From an uncultured Bacilli bacterium (lineage in GTDB: Bacteria > Bacillota_I > Bacilli_A > RF39 > UBA660): DNA of 59,591 nt. Shown here one piece after another: positions 49,701-56,941 of this stretch (the first letter of the stretch is position 1; every line of letters starts with the position of its first letter). Position numbers and translations under genes: made by a program. The DNA lies in the NCBI GenBank assembly GCA_947632065.1, contig CANRNO010000005.1, positions 1 to 59,591 of the forward strand. Reading direction: 5' to 3'. The notes under the pieces are model-generated. The model saw nothing but the letters and a program-made list of their open reading frames with translations. It was not told the DNA's origin and made no database searches.

Positions 49701-50195
49701 TCAGGAAGTACATATAGTTCATTATCAGCTACCTTAAAAGGGAAGATAGATAAAATGAAATGGTACTTAGGAGGATATGATTGGAGCGGCACTCCTTCCC
49801 TAACAACATTATTCAATGCAGAAAGAGGAAGTAATGGTGGAAACAATGGAAGTGCCCTAACCACATGGGATGGGTATGTAGGATTAATGTATCCAAGTGA
49901 TTATGGATATACATACGAAAAAGGAATAAGTGCTGCATGTACAGGTAATTTTGTTAATTGTTCTAGTGATTCAACAAAAGGATGGATACGAAAAGGACAT
50001 GAATCTGAGTATCAATGGACTCTTACTCCACGATCTAACGACACCCAATCCGTGACTCTTATCAACTTGCTCGGCTATGTCAATCCCGATTGGGCGAGCA
50101 ACGAGTTTGCGGTCCGCCCCGTCGTTTATCTTAAATCCGGAACTACCTTCTCTGGTGGAACCGGTACCAGTAATTCTCCATATATCTTAAAATAG
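46740..50195 (+). CDS. Giant surface protein, paralog 1 (1151 aa): TasA/camelysin-like signal and N-domain, two Cys-pair Ig-like repeats, lectin-like domain, Ig-like repeat, second lectin-like domain
   Basis: AAGGAG RBS before ATG 46740. N-terminus MKEEKNKKIGIIIGLVLLFITIIGVTYAAF. Repeats of ..P(T/I)C........I(K/N)CTD(D/N).G. Two domains ending WTLTP...VRPVVYLKSGTT. Confidence 0.85.
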   Translation: MKEEKNKKIGIIIGLVLLFITIIGVTYAAFQYTKRGTKENELSTGTVSFVYNETSNGVTLTNAYPLSDSEGKNLTEATEEDNGYFDFNVTSTLGGDITIPYYVYAVDITGDVENKLSEDYVKVYLTDQEDQPLEKYNGEVPLYSDLDDINAQSKEGQEVQGKLLYQNEFTESGVHKYRLRIWVADTYKNSDKAETFKMRVDVNTEAEVVPKDQNKPTCEILNAQPEEANGTQDISMTIKCTDDNGTVTSNMTSENIHVLVDNEEVEPTKKELTEGIAATEVTGENGIQHNLTLSGFEKDGPLSIKIDSGVVQDQYKNTNDEQELSTNVTVNGQGPTCTLEDYFPTKTITKDKTLELTIKCTDDDGISKDLTSDGLKIKVGDEEETELTKEITKTDTIEKGKKYTVEVKEFTKTGKITPIINAEALQDTVENPNKETTLDMDLEIGNTPAEDFTENANSSETEYNDDTKHDMFEFSQPDGSTGYRYIGDDPYNYVQIDGESSLWRIIGVFEDLSSANDKSPRIKLIRDESIGDYSWDNKAKGTGSNQSSSLGSNNWNDATLMNILNSGAYWNKQNGTCSSGTTLGATKSCDFSTTGLSSTLKNKIEEMKWYTGGYDNSQPSGAENYFTQERGSKPAGAPNSTTTWDGFVGLMYLSDNYYTYGNGVDDTCFSNSSNNCDSSNPKKGWIHAPFNGQKTQWTLTPSPYDERSVKLVHSSGSYGNSDAYGERVVRPVVYLKSGTTLGGGDGQKTSPYTIEEKTVADIDLESPICSIESVTPQNPTQEDEVQIKINCTDNSGKVIERTPLIKDDIEVKINGETSSATKELNKTSSTDNEIKYTLTLNNFEEIGSLSINIPANKIYDESGNSNIATSLTAVLIRGKTIDVNGLPSNPKDAEYSDGTKNSMFEFSQPDGSTGYRYIGDDPYNYVKMNDDNSVWRIIGVFNDSDSTGSKDKQRIKLIKDQSVGNIAWDSNNKNNWTKPATLQTDLNSGSTYSSLSATLKGKIDKMKWYLGGYDWSGTPSLTTLFNAERGSNGGNNGSALTTWDGYVGLMYPSDYGYTYEKGISAACTGNFVNCSSDSTKGWIRKGHESEYQWTLTPRSNDTQSVTLINLLGYVNPDWASNEFAVRPVVYLKSGTTFSGGTGTSNSPYILK
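48117..49001 (+). repeat. Lectin-like domain copy 1 of paralog 1 (intragenic duplication with 49413-50192)
   Basis: Shares a 71/72-nt identical block (48150-48221 vs 49446-49517) and the same motif order (YRYIGDDPYNYV, WRIIGVF, MKWY.GGYD, GLMY.SD, QWTLTP, VRPVVYLKSGTT). Confidence 0.8.
48831..48937 (+). other. GC-rich, A-poor, NNC-codon hypervariable island A (DGR VR-like)
   Basis: Encodes TLTPSPYDERSVKLVHSSGSYGNSDAYGERVVRPV. Codons such as TCC CCC TAC, CAC, AGC GGC TCC, GAC GCG TAC GGC, and CGC for Arg. Confidence 0.5.
49413..50192 (+). repeat. Lectin-like domain copy 2 of paralog 1
   Basis: See 48117-49001. Confidence 0.8.
50019..50170 (+). other. GC-rich, A-poor, NNC-codon hypervariable island B (DGR VR-like), close to the stop codon
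   Basis: Encodes TLTPRSNDTQSVTLINLLGYVNPDWASNEFAVRPVVYLKSGTTFSGGTG. Contains GCGGTCCGCCCCGTCGT. Confidence 0.5.
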
Positions 50196-50294
50196 TCAGA
50201 TTAAAAGATACTTTTGTTTTTCTTCTTAAGTATGTGTTCTAAAAGTGAAAAGATAGTTATTAAATAATAAAAGAGTGTTTGTTTGATAATATAT

Positions 50295-50322
50295 AAGAGA
50301 GTATACTTGTGTATACTCTCTT
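50295..50322. terminator. Bidirectional 12-bp perfect hairpin between convergent genes
   Basis: AAGAGAGTATAC-ttgt-GTATACTCTCTT. Confidence 0.7.
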
Positions 50323-50329
50323 AAAGATT

Positions 50330-50638
50330 TTATAAATAAAAAATAGGTTGATTATCTGTTGCTTGTTGTATGTTGTTTTCTTGCGCTATGCTTTCATTTG
50401 TGTTGTTATCTCCTTTTACTGCACCAATTATTTTAAACATTGTTTTAGCATTATTCACCATGGGTTTTACTTGATAAGCAATTGGTATAGCTTGATTTAT
50501 AATATTTAAAGTTTTTTGAGTATTATTTAACATAGTTGACCAATTTATACTTCTTAATCCTGCAACTGGGAAAATTCTGCTTAAAAGACTTCCACCTCTA
50601 GGTATAGGAGTAGGGTTGAATCCAAATCCACCATTCAT
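50330..50638 (-). CDS. VrrA/YqfQ family protein (102 aa)
   Basis: G/P-rich N-terminus, then INWSTMLNNTQKTLNIINQAIPIAYQVKPMVNNAKTMFKIIGAVKG, which matches my memory of Bacillus YqfQ. AGAGGTG RBS before ATG 50638, so the track start at 50785 is too long. Confidence 0.6.
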   Translation of the reverse strand: MNGGFGFNPTPIPRGGSLLSRIFPVAGLRSINWSTMLNNTQKTLNIINQAIPIAYQVKPMVNNAKTMFKIIGAVKGDNNTNESIAQENNIQQATDNQPIFYL

Positions 50639-50753
50639 AAATATACACCTCTTATTAAAGTATATGTTAAAAAAATAAAAATGTTTTAAAAAGCATTTAA
50701 AAAATATAGTAATTATGATATATTTGTTATATAGGATAAGGAGGGCTCTTGAT

Positions 50754-52163
50754 ATGGACATACTTTTAAAACCATTTATATACATATATCATGCAGTTAG
50801 TGGTATTTTTTCAGCACCTAAAAATATATCAAAAAAAGAGCCTGTACATAATTATGGGACTCCTATAAGTAAAAAGAAAAAAGAAGAAGATAAAAATGAA
50901 GATTATAAAAAGAATTTAGTTGGTATAGTAGATAATAAAAAGAAAGAAGTTAAAAAATTAAATCAATTTAGATATACTATTATAAATTCTAGTGGTAAAA
51001 AAGAAAGTTCTATATTTGAAGCTGAAACTATAGAAGAAGCTAGAAATTATCTTACATCACAAGATTATAAAATAGTAAAACTAGAACCTAAAAGTAAATA
51101 TGATATAGAAATAGGTGGAGATGGAAAACTAAAAGCTGCACAACTTTCATTTTCGCTTACACAACTTTCTACATATATAAAAGCAGGTATACCTTTAGTA
51201 GATTCTATGAAGATACTTGCTAAACAAGCTACTAAATCTAATGAAAAAAGAGCATATCAAAGAATAGTATATGATTTACTTCGTGGAGAAAATTTATCTG
51301 ATGCAATGGAAAAACAAGGAGAGAAATTTCCTAAACTATTAATTAATATGATTAAAACAGCAGAGATGACAGGAGATTTACCTAGTATATTAGATGATAT
51401 GGCAGAGTATTATACTTCAATGGAGAAAACTAGAAAAGCAATGATTAGTGCGATGACTTATCCTGTTGTTGTATTAACTATTGCAATAGGTGTTTTAATA
51501 TTTATGCTTATGTTTATAGTTCCTAGATTCGTTGAAATGTTTGAAAGTCAAGATGCAGAACTTCCTTTTATAACTTTAGCAGTTATAGGTGCTAGTGACT
51601 TTTTAAAAGCTAATTATTTATGGGTTTTACTTTTTCTTGTAGTGTTTATAGGAACAATATATTACTTATATAAAAATATAGTTGGATTTAGAAAAAATGT
51701 ACAATTTGTATTAATGAAAATACCTGTTGTTAGTAAGATTATTATATATAATGAAGTTACTAATTTTACTAAGACTTTTGCATCTCTTTTAAATCATGGA
51801 GTTTTAATTACTGATTGTATGGATATATTATCTAAGATTACTAATAATGAAATTTATAAAGAGATAATTGCTAAGACTTTATATAATCTTGGTAAAGGGG
51901 ATTCTATATCAGAATCATTTAAAGGTCAATGGGCTTTTCCTGTTGTTGCATATGAAATGTTAGTTACTGGAGAAAATACAGGACAGTTAGGTTTAATGAT
52001 GGAGAAAGTATCTGATCATTTTCAAACATTGCATAAAGCAATTATTGATCAGTTAAAGGCATTAATTGAACCTTTAATGATTGCTGTTTTAGCAGTTATA
52101 GTTGGTATTATATTACTTTCTATAGTTGTTCCAATGTTTGATATTTATGGAAAGATTCAGTAG
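50754..52163 (+). CDS. Type II secretion system F family platform protein (PilC/ComGB-like) with an N-terminal extension of about 90 aa
   Basis: FRYTIINSSGKKESSIFEAETIEEARNYL N-domain, two T2SSF repeats and 3 TM helices. AAGGAGGG lies 8 nt before ATG 50754. Confidence 0.85.
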   Translation: MDILLKPFIYIYHAVSGIFSAPKNISKKEPVHNYGTPISKKKKEEDKNEDYKKNLVGIVDNKKKEVKKLNQFRYTIINSSGKKESSIFEAETIEEARNYLTSQDYKIVKLEPKSKYDIEIGGDGKLKAAQLSFSLTQLSTYIKAGIPLVDSMKILAKQATKSNEKRAYQRIVYDLLRGENLSDAMEKQGEKFPKLLINMIKTAEMTGDLPSILDDMAEYYTSMEKTRKAMISAMTYPVVVLTIAIGVLIFMLMFIVPRFVEMFESQDAELPFITLAVIGASDFLKANYLWVLLFLVVFIGTIYYLYKNIVGFRKNVQFVLMKIPVVSKIIIYNEVTNFTKTFASLLNHGVLITDCMDILSKITNNEIYKEIIAKTLYNLGKGDSISESFKGQWAFPVVAYEMLVTGENTGQLGLMMEKVSDHFQTLHKAIIDQLKALIEPLMIAVLAVIVGIILLSIVVPMFDIYGKIQ

Positions 52164-52171
52164 GTGATAGT

Positions 52172-52936
52172 ATGGAGTTATTATATTATATAGGATTCTT
52201 TGTTCTAGGTATTCTACTTGGATCTTTTTATGGTGTTGTGGGAATGAGGATGCCTGTTAATGAAAGTTTTATAAAAGGGAGAAGTCATTGTGATAAATGT
52301 CACCATGAACTTTCTTTTATTGATTTAATACCTCTTTTATCTTTTGCAATGAGTGGAGGTAGATGTCGTTATTGTGGTAAGAAAATATCAGCGATACTAC
52401 CTTTAACTGAACTTGCTTGTGGTATTTTATTTATGGTTTCATATTATAGTTTTGGTATTTCTCTTGATTTAGTTTTAGCACTTTCAATAGTATCATTACT
52501 AATGATAGTATTAGTTAGTGATTTAACTTATTTTATTATTCCTGATGAAGTATTATTGTTTTTTAGTATTGAGTTTATAATTATTCAAATTTTTAGAGTA
52601 GGATTTTTATCTACTTTAGGACATATAGGATGTGGTATGTTTTTATTTGCACTTATGTATTTAATATTGGTTATAGGAAATAAATTGTTTAAAAAAGAGA
52701 GTATGGGGGGTGCTGATGTAAAACTGATGTTTTTATTTGGTCTTGTACTTGATCCTTTATTAGGTACTATAACAATATTTTTAGGAAGTTTTTTTGCTCT
52801 TCCTATATCAATGATAATTTATTATATAAATAAAGATAGAGTTATACCTTTTGGACCTTTCTTAGTACTAGCATTCTTATTTATGTTTTTTGTAAAAATA
52901 TCAACCGCAGAAATTCTTTATTTTTTGGGGATTTAA
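52172..52936 (+). CDS. Prepilin peptidase (peptidase A24, PilD/ComC type)
   Basis: N-terminal CxxC...CxxC (CDKCHH, CRYCGK), catalytic Asp motifs (VSDLTYFIIPDE, GGADVKLM) and a polytopic membrane layout. Confidence 0.9.
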   Translation: MELLYYIGFFVLGILLGSFYGVVGMRMPVNESFIKGRSHCDKCHHELSFIDLIPLLSFAMSGGRCRYCGKKISAILPLTELACGILFMVSYYSFGISLDLVLALSIVSLLMIVLVSDLTYFIIPDEVLLFFSIEFIIIQIFRVGFLSTLGHIGCGMFLFALMYLILVIGNKLFKKESMGGADVKLMFLFGLVLDPLLGTITIFLGSFFALPISMIIYYINKDRVIPFGPFLVLAFLFMFFVKISTAEILYFLGI

Positions 52937-52950
52937 AAATAATTTTAATG

Positions 52951-52973
52951 AGCACTTGTTAGTGCTTTTTTTA
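52951..52973 (+). terminator. Rho-independent terminator after prepilin peptidase gene
   Basis: AGCACT-tgtt-AGTGCT followed by T6. Confidence 0.7.
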
Positions 52974-53125
52974 TTTGTATAAAATTCTACAAATTACTAC
53001 TTTTTATTTTTGTATAATGATTATACTAACTTGGTAATAATTGGGTGGCTACAAATACGAACGTAAATGGTACAATCATAATGAAGATAGTAACGATATG
53101 TAGAGTATAGTGAGGAGAGTATGAA

Positions 53126-56100
53126 ATGAAAGAAGAAAAGAATAGAAAAGCAATAATAATGATATTAACAATATCATCAATATTAGTAGTATTAGGGACA
53201 ACATATGCAGCATTTGTATATACAGGGAAAGGAACAAAAGAAAACAGTGTAACAACAGGAGATGTTTCTTTTGTATATAATGAAACAAGTAATGGAATAT
53301 CCATTACAAATGCATATCCAATGAATGATGAAAAAGGAAAAGTTCTAACAGATGAAGGAGAAAATGTAACAAAAGGATATTTTGATTTTAATGTAGAGTC
53401 AACAATGGGAGCATCAACAATAATACCATATTATGTGTATGCAGTAGATATGACAGAAGAGGATGCTAAAAAATTAGATACAAATTATGTAAAGATATAT
53501 CTAACAGACCAAGATGAGAGTGCAATAGAAGGATATGAAGAAGTACCAGTATATGCAGATTTAGATGATATAACAGCACAAGAGGATGGAGAGGAAGTAA
53601 AAGGAAAATTATTATATCAAGATACATTTTATGAAAGTGGAACAAAAGAGTTTAGATTAAGATTATGGGTATCAGATGAGTATGAAGTAAAAGAAGAGTC
53701 AGAAAAGTTTAAAATGAGAGTAGATGTAAGTACAGATGCAGAAGTAATACCAAAAGACCAGAATAAACCAACATGTGAAATAGTAGATGCAAGTCCACAA
53801 ACAGCAGGAGCAAATCAAGATATAAGTATGACTATAAAATGTACGGATGATAATGGAACAGTAACTTCAAATATGACAAAAGAAAACATACATGTCTTAG
53901 TAAATAACGAAGAAGTAGAACCTACAAAGAAAGAGTTAAGTGAAGGAATAGCGGCAACAGAAGTAACAGGAGAGAATGGAGTACAACATAACTTAACATT
54001 ATCAGGTTTTGAAAAGGATGGACCACTTTTAATAAAAATAGATAGTGGAGTAATAAGTGACCAATATAAGAACACAAATGATGAACAGGAACTATCAACA
54101 AATGTAACAGTAAATGGACAAGGTCCAACTTGTACATTAGAAGATTATTTTCCAACAAAGACAATAACAAAAGATAAGATATTAGAATTAACAATAAATT
54201 GTACAGATGAAAATGGAATAGGTAAAGATTTAACAGAAGATGGATTAAAAATAAAAGTAGGAGATGAAGAAGAAACAGAATTAACAAAAGAAATAAAAAA
54301 TACAGAGTCTATAGACCAAGGAAATAAATACACAGTAGAAATAAAAGGATTTACAAAGACAGGAAAGATAGAACCAATAATAAATGCAGATTCATTACAA
54401 GATACATTAGAAAATTCAAATAAAGAGATAACATTAGATATGGATTTAGAGGTTGAAGCTGCAACAATAAACGGAGTATCTACGAATACTTCAGAAACAG
54501 AATATAATGATGATACAAAGCATGATATGTTTCAAATTACACATGATGGAGTCACAGAATATAGATATATAGGAGATGATCCATATAATTATGTACAAAT
54601 AGACGGAGAAAGTAGTTTATGGAGAATAATAGGAGTAGTAGAAGATGAAAACTCATCAGGAGTAAAAGAAGGAAGAATAAAATTAATGAGAGATGAGAAT
54701 ATAGGAAAGTATTCATGGGATAATAAAACAAAAGGAAGTGGTTCTAACTTAAGTAGTAGTTATGGATCAAACAACTGGAATGATTCGACATTAAAAGGAA
54801 TACTAAACACAGGTGGAGCATATTACAATAAAACGAATGGAACATGTTCAACTGGAGCAACCTTAGGAGCAAGTAAAGTATGTGACTTCAGTACAACAGG
54901 ATTATCAAGTACATTAAAAGGCAAGATAGAGAATATGAAGTGGTACTTAGGGGGAATGAGAAGTTATAGTAATTTTACAACATCAGACTGGTATAAGGGA
55001 GAAAGAGGAAGTGAAACATGTATCACAACAGGAAGTTGTTCAAGTGAGAAAACAAGAGAGACAACAGGAACAGGAGAAGTAGGATTAATGTATCCATCAG
55101 ATTATGGATTTACATTTGCAAATGGAGTAAACCAAGGATGTTATGATAAACCTAATTCATGTTATAGTGGAGGAAGTACAACAGATCCTCAACCAAGTAA
55201 AAGTTGGATTTATAAACAAGATTCAAGTAGTGCCCAATGGACTCTCTCTCCGCGTTCGGATTACGCGTACGGCGTGTTCTATGTCTACCCGAACGGCAAT
55301 GTCGACGGCAGCGGCTACGCGAACAACGAGATTGTGGTCCGCCCAGTTGTATATCTAAAATCTGGTACGACCCTTGGAGGAGGAGATGGACAAAAAACAA
55401 GTCCATATACAATTGGAGAAAAGACGGATGCGGACATAGATTTAGAAAGTCCAATCTGTAGTATAGAGTCAGTAACACCACAAAATCCTACCCAAGAAGA
55501 TGAAGTACAAATAAAAATAAATTGTACAGATAATAGTGGAAAAGTAATAGAGAAGTCAACAATAACAAAAGAAGATATAGAAGTAAAAATAAATGGAGAG
55601 ACATCAAGTGCAACAAAAGAATTAAATAAAATATCATCAACAGATAATGAAATGAAATATACATTAACACTAAATAATTTTGACAAAGCAGGTTCTCTAT
55701 CCATAAATATACCAGCAAATAAAGTATATGATGAAAGTGGAAATAGTAATATAGTAACTTCATTAACGGTAGGAATAATAAGAGGAAAGACTGTAAATGT
55801 TAATGGATTACCAAGTAATCAAAAAGATGCAGAATACAACGATGGAACTAAAAATGCAATGTTTGAGATAGAACATGACAACGTCACAGAATATAGATAT
55901 ATAGGAGATGATCCATATAACTATGTACAAATAGATGGAGAAAGTAGTTTGTGGAGAATCATCGGAGTAGTAGAAGATGAAAACTCAACAGGAAAGAAAG
56001 AAGCAAGAATCAAATTAATGAGAGATGAGAATATAGGAAGTTACTCATGGGATAATAAAACAAAAGGAATAGGATCGAATTTAACTAGTAGTTTAGGGTC

Positions 56101-56749
56101 AAATAACTGGAATGATTCAACGTTAAAAGGAATATTAAATACAGGAGCATATTGGAATAAAGAAAATGGAACATGTTCAACTGGAACAACCTTAGGAGCA
56201 AGTAAAGCATGTGATTTCTCAACAACAGGATTATCAAGTACATTAAAAGGAAAAATAGAGAATATGAAATGGTACTTAGGAGGAATGCGAAATTATTCTA
56301 ATTTCACAACATCAGATTTCTATAACGGAGAACGAGGAAGTGAAACATGTATAACAACAGGAAAATGTTCAAGTGAGAAAACAAGAGAGACAACAGGAAC
56401 AGGATATGTAGGATTGATGTATCCTTCAGATTATGGATTTACATTTATAAATGGAGTAAACCAAGGATGTTATGATAAACTTAATGCATGTTATAGTGGA
56501 GGAAGTAGTACTTCTACTCCTGACCCAACCAAGAGTTGGATTTATAAACAAGACTTAAGTAGTGTACAATGGACTCTCTCTCCGTATACCGACTACTCAA
56601 GCGATGTGTTCTATGTCCTCTCAAGCGGCCGAGTCACCTTCTACAGCGCGAACACCGAGTTTGGGGTCCGCCCCGTCGTATATCTAAAATCTGGAACTAC
56701 TCTTGGTGGTGGAACAGGAGCTAAGGAGAATCCGTATAAAATACAATAA
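53126..56749 (+). CDS. Giant surface protein, paralog 2 (1207 aa), same architecture as paralog 1
   Basis: GAGGAG RBS. N-terminus MKEEKNRKAIIMILTISSILVVLGTTYAAF. About 90% identical to paralog 1 over the Ig-like segments by eye. Two lectin-like domains ending WTLSP...VRPVVYLKSGTT. Confidence 0.85.
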   Translation: MKEEKNRKAIIMILTISSILVVLGTTYAAFVYTGKGTKENSVTTGDVSFVYNETSNGISITNAYPMNDEKGKVLTDEGENVTKGYFDFNVESTMGASTIIPYYVYAVDMTEEDAKKLDTNYVKIYLTDQDESAIEGYEEVPVYADLDDITAQEDGEEVKGKLLYQDTFYESGTKEFRLRLWVSDEYEVKEESEKFKMRVDVSTDAEVIPKDQNKPTCEIVDASPQTAGANQDISMTIKCTDDNGTVTSNMTKENIHVLVNNEEVEPTKKELSEGIAATEVTGENGVQHNLTLSGFEKDGPLLIKIDSGVISDQYKNTNDEQELSTNVTVNGQGPTCTLEDYFPTKTITKDKILELTINCTDENGIGKDLTEDGLKIKVGDEEETELTKEIKNTESIDQGNKYTVEIKGFTKTGKIEPIINADSLQDTLENSNKEITLDMDLEVEAATINGVSTNTSETEYNDDTKHDMFQITHDGVTEYRYIGDDPYNYVQIDGESSLWRIIGVVEDENSSGVKEGRIKLMRDENIGKYSWDNKTKGSGSNLSSSYGSNNWNDSTLKGILNTGGAYYNKTNGTCSTGATLGASKVCDFSTTGLSSTLKGKIENMKWYLGGMRSYSNFTTSDWYKGERGSETCITTGSCSSEKTRETTGTGEVGLMYPSDYGFTFANGVNQGCYDKPNSCYSGGSTTDPQPSKSWIYKQDSSSAQWTLSPRSDYAYGVFYVYPNGNVDGSGYANNEIVVRPVVYLKSGTTLGGGDGQKTSPYTIGEKTDADIDLESPICSIESVTPQNPTQEDEVQIKINCTDNSGKVIEKSTITKEDIEVKINGETSSATKELNKISSTDNEMKYTLTLNNFDKAGSLSINIPANKVYDESGNSNIVTSLTVGIIRGKTVNVNGLPSNQKDAEYNDGTKNAMFEIEHDNVTEYRYIGDDPYNYVQIDGESSLWRIIGVVEDENSTGKKEARIKLMRDENIGSYSWDNKTKGIGSNLTSSLGSNNWNDSTLKGILNTGAYWNKENGTCSTGTTLGASKACDFSTTGLSSTLKGKIENMKWYLGGMRNYSNFTTSDFYNGERGSETCITTGKCSSEKTRETTGTGYVGLMYPSDYGFTFINGVNQGCYDKLNACYSGGSSTSTPDPTKSWIYKQDLSSVQWTLSPYTDYSSDVFYVLSSGRVTFYSANTEFGVRPVVYLKSGTTLGGGTGAKENPYKIQ
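54494..55414 (+). repeat. Lectin-like domain copy 1 of paralog 2
   Basis: Internal duplication with 55826-56746 (EYRYIGDDPYNYVQIDGESSLWRIIGVVEDENS is almost identical in both). Confidence 0.8.
55241..55350 (+). other. GC-rich, A-poor, NNC-codon hypervariable island C (DGR VR-like)
   Basis: Hand count over 110 nt gives 64 G+C (58%) and 20 A (18%). 16 of the 28 codons between TLSP and VRP are NNC. Encodes TLSPRSDYAYGVFYVYPNGNVDGSGYANNEIVVRPVV. Confidence 0.55.
55826..56746 (+). repeat. Lectin-like domain copy 2 of paralog 2
   Basis: See 54494-55414. Confidence 0.8.
56573..56680 (+). other. GC-rich, A-poor, NNC-codon hypervariable island D (DGR VR-like), close to the stop codon
   Basis: Encodes TLSPYTDYSSDVFYVLSSGRVTFYSANTEFGVRPVV. 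16 of 27 variable-segment codons are NNC. Contains GGGGTCCGCCCCGTCGT. Confidence 0.5.
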
Positions 56750-56780
56750 AGTAATTAAGAAAATTCAAATTGTAATATAA

Positions 56781-56810
56781 AAGAGAATGTAATGAGAGTT
56801 ACATTCTCTT
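56781..56810 (+). terminator. 12-bp hairpin terminator after paralog 2
   Basis: AAGAGAATGTAA-tgagag-TTACATTCTCTT. Confidence 0.65.
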
Positions 56811-56941
56811 AGTTTGTGAATTCACTAATTATTGGGAAAGTTAATCTTTCTTTTTTTTGTGTTTTATTACTTCTTCCATCATTTTGTTTTTTAATTTATA
56901 ATTTTGATGTATAATAAATTATAGAGTTAAAGGAGGATATT

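Noticed and set aside
47408-49864. Many antisense or alternate-frame ORFs inside giant paralog 1 (47408-47692, 47762-47950, 48160-48474, 48335-48547, 49075-49350, 49619-49864), and the equivalents in paralog 2 (53026-53304, 53076-53288, 53815-54333, 55315-55763).
   Set aside because: The low-complexity L/S/F/I-rich translations are the mirror image of a purine-rich sense strand. There are no start signals and they are fully nested in a far better ORF.
55143-55481. Track ORFs 55143-55358(+), 55237-55461(+) and 55152-55481(-), with Arg-rich translations.
   Set aside because: They lie entirely inside giant paralog 2 in other frames. They exist only because the GC-rich island C lacks AT-rich stop codons. 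No RBS is present. They are a symptom of the composition anomaly, not genes.
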